Shown here piece after piece: positions 1-10,704 of a stretch of DNA of 64,000 nt. The first letter of the stretch is position 1. Every line of letters starts with the position of its first letter. The stretch comes from Raillietiella orientalis. Lineage: Eukaryota. The translations under genes and the position numbers were made by a program. The stretch lies in assembly GCA_036172245.1 (NCBI GenBank), contig JAYWIR010000069.1:372001-436000 (forward strand). Reading direction: 5' to 3'. The notes beneath the pieces were generated by a model, which was not told the origin of the DNA, ran no database searches, and worked only from the letters and a program-made list of their open reading frames with translations.

Positions 1-2259
1 CATTCAGTAAGGCATGAAACATTCAAAGCAACGCTACAAAAAAAATACGACCGTTGCCCCAAAGTACAATGTGTTTTGGGGCACACGCTTCAGCTGTACA
101 TATACTAATATGAGTACTGTCTGTACTCCTGTGCAATGATCAGGTTAGTTAGCATTTTTAAGTTCTCAGTTAACGAAAAAGTGTTAACATTTTCTAAAAT
201 AGAATTTCAAGAAGGTGGAGGTGTATACAAGCAATGAGAATACCAGCCGGTTACTGTGGAGTGCGAGGACGAATTTTCGCTGTCGCAAAGGTAAACCTTC
301 ATGCTTCATTTAGCAGACTCGGGTCTTGACCTGAAATCATGTTGTGGGTCAACAGGAGCTAGAGTGAGGAGAGTGAGAGGTCTTACTGGTGGAGAATTGA
401 GTGGATCATGGATGTCCCTAGATGTGCTACCATGAAGGAGGTCTCCTCCAACAGCAATGGTTTTATCGATGCTGCTGCTTGCAAAAGAGAGACCTCCGGC
501 AACCTCCTGGCTGCAACGGTAGCTAGTAGGACTTTCAGCAGAATGGATCGCCAATGGGCAGCGAAACGCAACTCTACGCGACCGATGGTTACAATTCTAC
601 GTTGCAATGTAAGGTAAAAAATGCCACTGACTTGCGATACATGGGATTCGTTAAAGAACCCAAACGGCTAAACGTGAGGTCAGAGGATGAGGGGAAAGGG
701 GAGAGTTCGAGCCGAACTGAAAAAATGTGGCCCTGGTCCACCAATTCATACATTTCCCTATAAACTTCAATGGGCTTAAGATTTTTCCCTCCCCGAGGCA
801 TCGTTCATAAAATAAAGCAAGGAAAGGTGAGGTTCTCCAGGTCATCGGTAGTATCCGCTCCTTTTTGCTCAGTACCGGCTCAGAACGAGGGCGACCTCCG
901 ACTTGACTTCCTTTTCCGGGTGAGACCACCTCGCAGCCATCCACGTGGAGACCGACTGCCACGCGAGTGGCCTTCCTGGGCCACGCCCGAGACTAGCAGA
1001 TGGCGGGCTGTGACGACGGAGTGGATGCGACTTCTGGTTGAGGGCGCCTGAGGAGAGCCTCTGAGCGCGAAGAATGGTGTGTTAGAAGCGTTTGCGAGGG
1101 TAGCTCATGCTCTTCCAAGGATCCCTACCCCTTACAAGAAAAAAAAGAGGACCGTCGAATCCCCAAATCCTACGACCGTGCACGTTTCAACATCTCGCGA
1201 AGACCGTAGAGAGGACGAGAGGGCAATCAACGCAGCAATCCTTAAATAGAAACCGACACATCCTCTGAGAACATGAACCCGGGACAGTCCCAAGGAGCCC
1301 TTTGCAACTCCTGATGCCAGCCATGGAAAGTCCAACTCATCACATCGCAATGGTAAACAAGAAAGTTGGCCGCACTGCGGCTCACGGAGTGTGAAGCCTA
1401 GCAATTATAAGAACAGTGGTACTGACACCGAATCTGAACAAGCATCTGCTAACCTGGTCTGCAGAAGAAATCCGTGGACTTCTTGCACCCCTACTGAAAG
1501 ATTGCTTCTATCATCCCCCCCCCCCCACGCATGCGATGATGCTCAGGAGGGTCAAGTGCAACCGTGCTTCGATACACAGTGGCGCCGCTGCGAAGTCTAC
1601 GCTCCTCATTCTTATCATAGAGCAACGGTTTTGCACTAGTTCACACAAGGTGCTCTTATTTAACAGACATAAAAGAACAAGTTGGGAACCTTGGTCCCCA
1701 AACAGAAGCAAGAAAAAGAATTTTGAGGAGACACCGACACGCACTTTGTTACTGGGTCTCTTTGGAGAGGAAGGGTAGAGTAAGTAAATAAAGCAGAGGA
1801 GGATGACGACAGAGGTCTTGGATAGTATCCGCTTCTTTTCACTCAGTACCGGCGCTGAACGATTGAGATCTCCTGATCGGCTTCCTCTTCGTGGTGAGCT
1901 CACATGCAACCGTCTTATTGCGGGCAGCTGCCGTGCGGGTAGCTGCCCTTCCCCAGGTCCGAAATGCCGCACAAGAGGCCGCCTATAACGGCGTCACGGA
2001 AGCAACATACCATTGAGATCAAAGCGCTTGCTGAGAGTACACTGCGCTCGGAGGATAGCCGCAGCAACTCCATGGCGGTGTCCTCCATGTAAAGAAGCGC
2101 TAAAGACAGTCACTGCCACACATCCTAAGGTCAACGAAAACAAGCTTAAGGACACAAGTCTTCCGAAAACGAGGTGCCGGTTTGGATTGCTCTGGAAAGC
2201 CCAGTGCAGAAGCAGCAGAACATCCTGACTTTACTCTAAGGGAAGCGTTCCATTGCCCA

Positions 2260-4450
2260 AGCTCAAGAAAGAGAGCAAGAGTTTTTTGGGCGTCACACAT
2301 TAAGAAGATGGCTCTACTGAAGCTGTCCATTCACCTGCAAATGAGGCGTGCCGGTGTTAACCAGTTCGGTCGCCTTCCAGCCCCCCAGGAGTTTGATGGC
2401 TCCTGCAGAGATGCAGAAGAACTCTCACCCCTGCGATAGGAAAATGTTGCTTGCAAAGTAGGGCATACGGAGTCGAGGCAAGGAATACGGCGGCTATCCT
2501 GGATCAATTCGTCATTCCCTGTAGTGCTTCACCTAGAGGATTGCAGTAAAAATTCAACAAAGCACTTCTGGACTCACTTCCAAAGAACCAACGCATTCTG
2601 CCGCTGCCTCTCGCCTCCAGGCATATCGAGGGGTAAAAGGAGATTCAAAGGTTGGTTCCAGAAAGTGAAGCCATTTGCCTCAACGAGAAGACGAATCCCC
2701 ATATCCTGTGCTGGCTACGCGGCAGCAATCACACAGCAGCACTCTGTTCCTGGATAGTTTAGGAATAAACGCCCCGGCGCACCCAAGTGAGAGACAGCAG
2801 CACTATGTTGCGCCGATTAATTAACAGAAGTAGACGCTCTTGCTTACACAGCTATTCTACGGAAGCAGCAGTTATGGCTTTCTCGTCGAGTCACTTTACA
2901 TCGTTGCCAGCAGCACTTTCGTAGACCACATGAGGCTCTTACATCGGCTGCATCAAGGAGGCTCAACGGAGATGGCGATCTTCAAGCTTGCCCATTTCTT
3001 GCAGCACGAGTCCGTCACGAAGAAGGGGTCTCCTTTTCCGTCTTCTTTACCACAGAATTTTAGAGGCCTATAGCGACGCTGGCGGGCGGATGCATTTCCC
3101 TTGCTTCAGAGTTGCCTTCCCACAGCAAACCAGGTAGAATGATGTCACCGACTCTCGCAAGATGACTCTGCATCCATCAAAATCTCTCTTTCGACTCGCT
3201 CCTGTTCAACATCCCTACTGCTTTTCCTGACTCATCGACGGGCCAACCTCTTCCCGGTGGTTGCCTTTTGCACGAAATGAGCTCGTAGCTCGCGAAAGAC
3301 TCTTCACTGACGCGTTTGGCGTCGAGCGCTTTCTCGGCGGAAGCAAAATAATGCCGAGGTGTCGGCAGCCCTATCAATCTGAACGAGAGCCTTTTTCAGG
3401 AGTGACGCCAAAATGGCCGCTCTAGCATAGCAGACCCCCTTCGCTCGTAACGCGCCGCAACTCCTCGTGCTGCGAGGACACCAATGGCGACCCGAGGGGA
3501 GCTCTGCTTAGAAGACTCGTGGGGAGTTCGAGGGCTTGCCAAGTACTTGGGAAGCCTATTGGCATCTGGAGACAGGAGAACATTCTAAATGAGACCACCC
3601 ACAGGCTCTAGGGGGAAGACGCGTTCACGAGACTGCAGAAAGGCTTAAAAAGCAGGGGTGCAGCGGTTGAGAGGGTTTCGTGAAAGGCGCGGCGGCGGAC
3701 AACACCTGTATTTTCCCAGAAGAACACCTATTCCTTCGAAAACACACACCGATTATTTCGGCGACACAGTTCGAAGCCTTTTCTCGCTTCCACGAGTTGC
3801 CTGATTCCCTTTGGGTCTTTCCTCGTGACCATGAAAAGCTTTCGCGAGCTGCCAAACTCTCCGGTGAAAATGCCGCGGTTCCGAGGACGGCAGCTCACAG
3901 CATCCCGAACAAGAGAAGGAACAGTGCAAATGAACTTCGATTGTCTGGTCGAAAGTCCTAGCATTGACGGTGCTCCTTCCTTTTCTACAGCCGCAGTCTT
4001 CTGGTACGGGGCAGTCCATCTCGATCTGTGCCATCACCGGACGTCTATCTGAAATTGTGCTCAGATGCAGAAGTCCGAGGTGCTCGGCATCCGCAAGAGA
4101 GCGCACCATTCCGAGCGTTCAGCATTACCTACTTCTGGAGACTCGACAGATGGAGGCGCCACTGTCGAGACGCGGAGGGAAGCGCTGAAGCCTTTTGCGA
4201 ACCACTTACCCCCTCAATGGACTGCCAGCCTCATTGAATGCCTCTGCTGCGAGACATCCAGCGACGGCAAAGAACGCGCGGTGCGCCTACCAGCTCGTGC
4301 GCAAGGCACTCCGAATCTGTGGAGCTCATCGCAGAACTGGCCTCCGTGGGAGGACTGAAGGCGATGAGAAACCGCTGCTTGCTCTCCGAGAACATAAGTA
4401 TATATATGAACATATATGTGCACCTGATAATATATGTAAATATCTGTAAA
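2260..4450. repeat. Duplicated block, paralogous to 15800-16875 plus 18380-19520
   Basis: Shared strings such as AGAAGTAGACGCTCTTGCTT, GCAGCACGAGTCCGTCACGAAGAAGGGGTCT, ACTTCTGGAGACTCG. Confidence 0.85.
2744..2793 (+). mobile_element. 50-bp extreme 5'-truncated LINE 3' tip with 11-bp target-site duplication
   Basis: ACAGCAGCACT at 2733-2743 and 2794-2804 flanks an AATAAACGCCCCGG motif; single-copy empty site at 16279-16289. Confidence 0.85.
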
Positions 4451-4565
4451 CACATATATCAATATTAACAATAGGCACATATATTTATTTTTTATCATCC
4501 TCATGATATATACTAAACTATATTCTAATCTTTATCCGAATATGTAATCCCTCTATATAATAAGC
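4395..4565. repeat. AT-rich low-complexity (TA-like) tract
   Basis: Runs of TATATA/ATAT; short counterpart at 19485-19520. Confidence 0.6.
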
Positions 4566-5312
4566 ATGTGAGTTCACATTTTCATGACCTTTCAGTATTT
4601 TGAATGGCGCTAATGGGGAGGAGGAGGAAAATTCGAAAACGCTGCAGCACAGACAGATGGTGTACGATATCCCTGAAGATGCCGAAGAAACCCACGGATC
4701 CAGGCCAACCAGAACATCCGGTTTCTACCAGTGACAGGACAGAAGCTCATAGACTAAGCAGCGTCGTCCTACAAGGATGACTGAAAACCCACCACCCACC
4801 CCCCACTACTCGCAGCTGACACTGCCCCCAGAAAGACTCGAACCCGGAACGCCTGGTACCACGCGTGAAGGCCGCAACCACACGGCGGCCGGGAAAAAGG
4901 GCAACGGGATTCATGACTGCACCACGACGCTGCATCGTGGGGTGATTCCCTGTTTGCACTCGATGCCCGAACGGATTCTGCTCACCTGCATCCGATGCAG
5001 ACGGAGCGGCAAGGTGAGCTGGACAAACTGCCTTTGTCCATGACCATTCCGAGACAGCAGCCGTATAGTGAGCAGATGCGTCTATCTCTGAACTGCAGGA
5101 GCGATGTTATACAGAATGACCTCAAACTCATCGGCGATATTCTCGAACCGAACGCAGATCAGGTCTTCATCGGCAGGGAGCGAAAGAGAGACCAGCTCAA
5201 CAGGGAGAAAGGACCTCTCCTCTCCTTTGCAACTCATTTTAATGCATGATTTCTATCTCATTGAAATGTTCGCATGCAGGTATCCTGTACGCTGTGCTCG
5301 TGTACACTTGTG

Positions 5313-5546
5313 TCAACTTTGCATCACTGGAACAGCTGCTCCATCGGGAAGAATCGCCCTGCGTTGCAGGTGATCGCCACACGTCACGTTTGAAATTCCA
5401 CATTGAAGGTGGGACATACAGGAATCGCTTGTGTGCCTCCTCACTGCTTTACTGAATTTTAATTCTACACCCCAATCTGACTCAGGATCAACTTCCGTTT
5501 GGACCACAGTCCATGGAAAAAGCATATTAAATCCTGCAAAGAACTT
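5313..5546 (-). CDS. PAP2 copy A putative terminal exon (KFFAGFNMLFPW...PVMQS*)
   Basis: TTTCAG acceptor, open frame to TGA at 5313; a further internal intron cannot be excluded. Confidence 0.55.
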   Translation of the reverse strand, partial: KFFAGFNMLFPWTVVQTEVDPESDWGVELKFSKAVRRHTSDSCMSHLQCGISNVTCGDHLQRRAILPDGAAVPVMQS

Positions 5547-8500
5547 CTGAAAAAGCAGAGTGGAAAAAAAGGAGTATCTATAGCTGTACCAACCATCATA
5601 AACGCCATCAAAACCCCTAGGATGCCACCAGCTATCAAGTCTGTGAAGTGATTCCAATGCTGCAAAAAGCCTGTCAGCGGAAAGACGGTGGCTATCGAAA
5701 ATAGCAAAGCTTTCGTTGCGAAGATAGTGGCCGGCTTTCTGATGCATTTGTTCAACTGATGCTGTTCAAAGGGATACATAGAGATTTTATGTCGTTTATA
5801 CTCACAGATACATAGGTGGCTGTGTAAAATGAAGCTGCTGAATAATCAGAAGGGAATGACAGTCTGAAATACACGCTATAACATCTTGATCCTTCCTGGT
5901 TTAAATAGCCTGGTATTCTTAAGGACACATTTGCTCACGTCTGTATTTGTGCATGTGTAGTTGGTGATGTACTTTCCAGCAGAGCAGCCTCCATCCCATT
6001 TTGGTTTACAGACGCTAAAGTTTGGGCGAAGTCTTCCGACACAGAATTTCATTGTGTCCACGGTGCCTTTTAAAATGACGGCTCCCGACAGAAAGTAAGA
6101 CAATTCACGCGCTGCATTTTTCAAAGAAGTTTTATTTATGCCGTCCCTCAGCTCGCAGGGTAGCGTCTGCAATTTGGTTGTAATCAGACGTGACGCCAAA
6201 TGGACACAATGTACAACTTTGTACGCAGACATGGACCCCGAGCACTTTTCATTTGTCAACATAAACGTGTTACAGCTCTGTCAGCACCCGTGAAAAACGT
6301 CATGGGGTTCAAGAGAGCTGCTGGAGGACCTTTTTCCCATAGTGGGGCGCACCCCTGTAGATAAATGTGTGCTCCGAAAGCAAACTACGCCACTATTGAA
6401 CGTTATTTTGTCGGCGTTCTTCTCATTATATGCAAATGCATTCTAAAGTCACCATGCGTGCTGTTAGAACCGGTATTACTGCTCATGGGTGCGCCTCATA
6501 GTGAAGTGGTAAATATTGCCCTCGAACCCATGTCGATGGCTGCCGGTTCATGTCCATGCAGTAACAGTGGCCGAACAGAATCGCACGTGCTCTCGCAGAC
6601 TTACTAGATGAACATCTCGTTAATCACACAGATGGGATCACAAATCAGCTGAGTGCTCTTAAGAAAGAGAGAAGATCTGTCGGTACGCGGCAGGTATGGC
6701 TGGAAATGCGTTTGCAAAAGTCATTTGCACTCCGTTAAGTCAAGCGATGCTTCTGTTGACGTTCCCCTTAACTCATTCCGTCTACTCTTCAATCCGTTTG
6801 CTTCCCACCCTGCACTACCCATCAATCTTAGAACGTGTGGCGATCAGCATAGAAGAGAAAATTCAATGGATTTGCCAAAAACGAAATTGAAAAGCTCGGA
6901 ACCACACTGCGAAATTAGGAATCTTCAGTGGCATTTGAAATGCAGTCGCAAACGTCCAATGGAATCCGAAAACCACCGGCAAGAAAAGGTGCGTCCTTTC
7001 TTACTCCTTCGGATGTCCCAAGGGAAAACCTCTTTATTCCAGGCTTTTTGATGCACATGTCGGCTGTGTTTGTACAACACTCATCGCAAGATACGTTCCA
7101 GGTGGAAAAAATGTCGTTGGCTTTGCAGCTCCGAAGTAGCTTCAGTTTTCAACCTTTGCACCATTCACACGAACACCCTACTTGAGTCCACACGTAGCGG
7201 AGATTGAAGGTAGGAAAAAAGTCGACAGCATAAAAGAAACGGTCAACGAGACAGCGCTCAAACTCATGAAGATGAGGGACGCAATGACGGAACTGTACAA
7301 GTCATTGTTTAGTTTCAAAGGAAGTTTTAAGTACATAAGTAATCGGAAAGCATTTTCAGAGACATTTACGAAATACCTGTGAAAGGCAAGTGGAGAAATC
7401 ACACATCTCTTTTTCACAAGAGCCGTTATTCATCAAGCGGAGTGCTGGCAGTGCAGAGTTTGAAGAGGCTGCGCCATCATGACAGGAACCTTTTGTCGCG
7501 GGAAGTCTCGAGTCGCCTCACAGATGGAGTCCGAAACCGACCGTGAGATGGCTCGTGACCCCATCAACTGCATCACGCGGCAGTGCGCTCTTCCTCTGTT
7601 GATAGGGGGCGGCAACACGGCTGCGCGTGATATCACCTGCGCGACCGCGATGGTACATTGACAGAAGGGAGCGCGCAATTTAATTGAGGCTCTCCCAACA
7701 ATGGCGCAGTATCCGCTGCTTCCGAGGGAGCCGTTGCAACAATGGTGCAGTTTCCGCTCCTTCCGAGAGGGCTTTGATGACAACGTTGCAATTCAGAAAA
7801 CCCTCATAACAATGGTTCAGTTTCCTTTGCCATTTAAGAACCTTTTTCAACAATGGTGTATGATCCGCTGTTTCCGAGAGAATGCTTTCAACAATGATGG
7901 AGTTTCGACTACCGCAGTGAGGGCTTGGAAATGCAGTTTGGAGAAGACTGAGTAAGAGGTACTTTTATAAATACATTTTTACGATCTAGACTTGTACGGC
8001 AAATTTGACCGTCCTTGGTGATCGGTCAGGGTTACCAGGTGCGCAAATAGTATTACAGCAGGCTTTCTTTCATCTACGGAACCATTCGTCACTGTGTTTT
8101 TGCTGCTAACGAGCCCACATCTGTCGTCTTGCAACGTGACGTTCCTTCCTGTCCAGAGCATTCAGCTTTCACTGAGCTGCGAGACTCCCATGGAATGTTC
8201 CGGTCTGGAGACTTTTGGCTAGCTGCTCCACTGCGCCTTTCTACATTGGAAACAAAATTACGCGAGCGAATTTCTTCGGAGCCGGCTCAACTCTAAAACG
8301 AGGTTTCAGTTTCCTGTGAAATTGGCTCCTCTCTTCGTCTTCGCCGAGTCCGTTTGCACTCTGTCTTCGCGCATGTGGATGAGAACACCCGGGACTCTGA
8401 GAAACAATCAGCGTTGCAGTCGGCAGCCCTGGGAGCGGTTGCGCTGGCGCGTGCTCCGATTTCCTACCCCCTCCTTCTACGAGAAGCCGATAGGTTTGCC

Positions 8501-10604
8501 TCATCACACGACCAATTCCAGGATATAGGAAACCTTTGTGGTTCCAGAACCGGGTGCAACTTTGGAAGATAAAATGGATGGACGGAATGGCCAACGTCTC
8601 CGGGGCGGAATCGCTGTCGATCCACCTTACTCTGTAGTTTCTCACTTACGATGGCGGTCGCCGTGACGAGCATTCCTGTGATGAGCTGAGCTTCGGAGAC
8701 CGTTTGCTTGATGTACGGATGCTGTATAGATGTGTCGTCACAATAGAACCCTCTTTTGGTGATTCCGAAAACTTTCAAGTAGATCTTCGGGAGCACAACT
8801 GAAAAGAAGAGAGAAGGTAGAACAAATCGATTGGCGGCATGCTGAAGAGTCTGATCCTTCTTAACCTAGGTGAGATCGGGAGGAAGCCTCTCGCGTAGTC
8901 ATTGCTATGGAGAATGTGGACTGTCAGGAGTAGAAGTTGTTGCGTACCACGTGGCTACTGTGTGTTCGGGAAGAATCGTTCAAGACCGGGAGAAGCGCCG
9001 ATTTCGGCGAGACGGACAAGACCAAAGAAGGGTGAAGTAACGATGGGATGAACTCTGAGGCGGCCTCCAAAAGGCCGAGAAAGAGATACACGGAAGGCCA
9101 CCTGGCAGTTGATCCTGAATGGTAGCAGCAAGGGTGGGATAGGAGGGTGCAAGCTTAGAACAAGACTCGAAGGTCAGGTTGGCCTCACTCCTAGGTCAAA
9201 TTCGATCCTCGGTTGGAGAAACGTGCTCGCTTCTGCAGAAGCAAGTAGTCAATTAAAGGAGCTCGAATCCAGACGCATCAGCGCTTCTTTAGCTTGCGGC
9301 ACACCTGGGACTTGCGAAGTTGCACGCAGTACGAAAGATGCCACCTCATGTGAAAGCTGAGGAGCAGCTATGTAGTTCTTTTCTGTTCACTGCTTTCGTC
9401 ACCCTTGCGGGGAGTTATAGCGAACCTTTCTCAGAAGATCGGGAGCTGGGGCAGGAAGATGACGTTGATGACGAAGAGGACGATCAAGAAAAGGTACCCG
9501 TTCAGCTGCTTGCACGAGACAATCGCCTACTTGCTCCTGCCAGAGCAGCAGTGGTGGAAGAAGGCGATCAGCGCAGGGGAGCAAGGGAGATTATTCCAAA
9601 AATACGCGCGGAAGAACAGTGAAAACGCAAAAGCTGGCGAAGAAGGTCCCTGTCGGTTGGGAAGTCTCGAAAAGAAAAAGGGACTCCTGAGCGCGGGATG
9701 AGGCCGTGAGATCAAAGGATCGCAGGAGCACAAAAGGGGGAAGTGGCACGAATAGGCAGCGCCGACATGGTCACTTTCAACCAACGCACTTCCAGATATG
9801 CCCCGTGACGTGCTGTGAAAGCATTCTTCGACTACTCGTCCGGTAGTTTTTTCGGAAACATTCGTCTCGATGGGCAATTCCTAACCCGCGCTTGCCCGTG
9901 CGGGTGTTGTCCCGTCTCCTGCTGCTACCTTAATTCTCTCCTCTGCTACTTTTCTTTTCGTATGCAGGACGCTCCGTGTTTTCTTTTGGTGAAAGCCAAA
10001 GCATCTTCTAGGATGACATAAGTTGTGTTCTCAGCGCGTGCTGCGGCATTGCGCCTCGTGTCGGCTGCCTTGCGGCGTTCGGCATGCGAGATGACATTCT
10101 TAGGCAAGATAAACCAGCTGATCCTGCAAGCGCTGCGCCCATGTTCACAAGTTGCATCAATGCTAAGAGCTTTTCTGGATAGGGTTTGTTGCAAAACGGC
10201 TATTGAACTCATTCCCGCAATAACACGAGGAACAACCGGCTACATCGACTGGGATCCTTCGCCTCCATGCTCACGTCAGGAATACGGAAGGCGAATTTGG
10301 AGCAGCCTGACGCTAAGATCAGAATCTAAGAAACCCTGATCCGTGGAAGGAAGCACTCAGGAAGTAGGCGACAGAAGATATGCATCAAAATCGACCGAGA
10401 AGACTGTAGGAGATTTCGATGTGATCCGAAAGGGCAAGCAACTCTTTCGATCACCATATTTCGAATTGGTGTTCGAAGAAATAACCGCTACAGTGCATGG
10501 AAACACCAGATTCACTGACCCATGATCCCGGTCAAGAGCAGTCGCACGTAGAAGGTGGACACTGTTGCCATCTCGACGTCCGACACGCCTGCTCGGTATC
10601 CAAC
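5313..10604 (-). CDS. PAP2-family lipid phosphate phosphatase-like gene, copy A (multi-exon; catalytic residues substituted, candidate pseudoenzyme)
   Basis: Exons 10604-10520, 8798-8650, 6166-5910, 5863-5806, 5761-5594, 5546-5313 splice in frame. Motifs: GFYCDDTSIQHPY, KFCVGRLRP (C1), SFPSDY (C2 normally PSGH), TGFLQHWNHFTD (C3 normally SRx5Hx3D). The first ATG is at 10571, but 33 in-frame nt back to an acceptor suggest another upstream exon. The 3' end is uncertain. Confidence 0.88.
5594..5761 (-). CDS. PAP2 copy A exon with degenerate C3 motif (TGFLQHWNHFTD) and last TM helices
   Basis: AACAG acceptor, GTTGGT donor, 168 nt as in copy B. Confidence 0.85.
5806..5863 (-). CDS. PAP2 copy A exon with degenerate C2 motif (LSFPSDYSAASFYTATYVS)
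   Basis: TTTCAG acceptor, GTGAGT donor, 58 nt as in copy B. Confidence 0.85.
5910..6166 (-). CDS. PAP2 copy A exon with C1 motif (KFCVGRLRPNF)
   Basis: TTGCAG acceptor, 257 nt as in copy B; ends at a GC donor. Confidence 0.88.
7696..7930. repeat. Degenerate 41-bp minisatellite in a PAP2 copy A intron
   Basis: CAACAATGG-like unit starts at 7696, 7737, ~7778, 7807, 7848, 7889; decayed counterpart ~50035-50220 in copy B. Confidence 0.75.
8650..8798 (-). CDS. PAP2 copy A exon (VVLPKIY...GFYCDDTSIQHPY...TAI)
   Basis: Pyrimidine tract plus TTTCAG acceptor, GTAAGT donor, 149 nt as in copy B. Confidence 0.88.
10520..10604 (-). CDS. PAP2 copy A exon (VGYRAGVSDVE-MATVSTFYVRLLLTGIM)
   Basis: TTTTAG acceptor, phase-1 GTCAGT donor; same length and similar peptide in copy B (51713-51797). 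Confidence 0.75.
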
Positions 10605-10704
10605 CTAAAATGAAAGGAAATCATTTTCTACATCCGAATAATTCGAGAGCGCCAACAAGATCCTGTGCTTTTAGAAAAGAGAAAAAGGAACTGGAGTCCG
10701 GTAT

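Noticed and set aside
4940..5140. TIPR motif suggesting a BEL/Pao RNase H remnant
   Set aside because: Only four residues match; the DAS and KSRVAP motifs and LTRs were not found.
7696..7930. Regularly spaced repeats as a CRISPR-like array
   Set aside because: Units are degenerate tandem copies without unique spacers, lie in a eukaryotic intron, and no cas genes are present.
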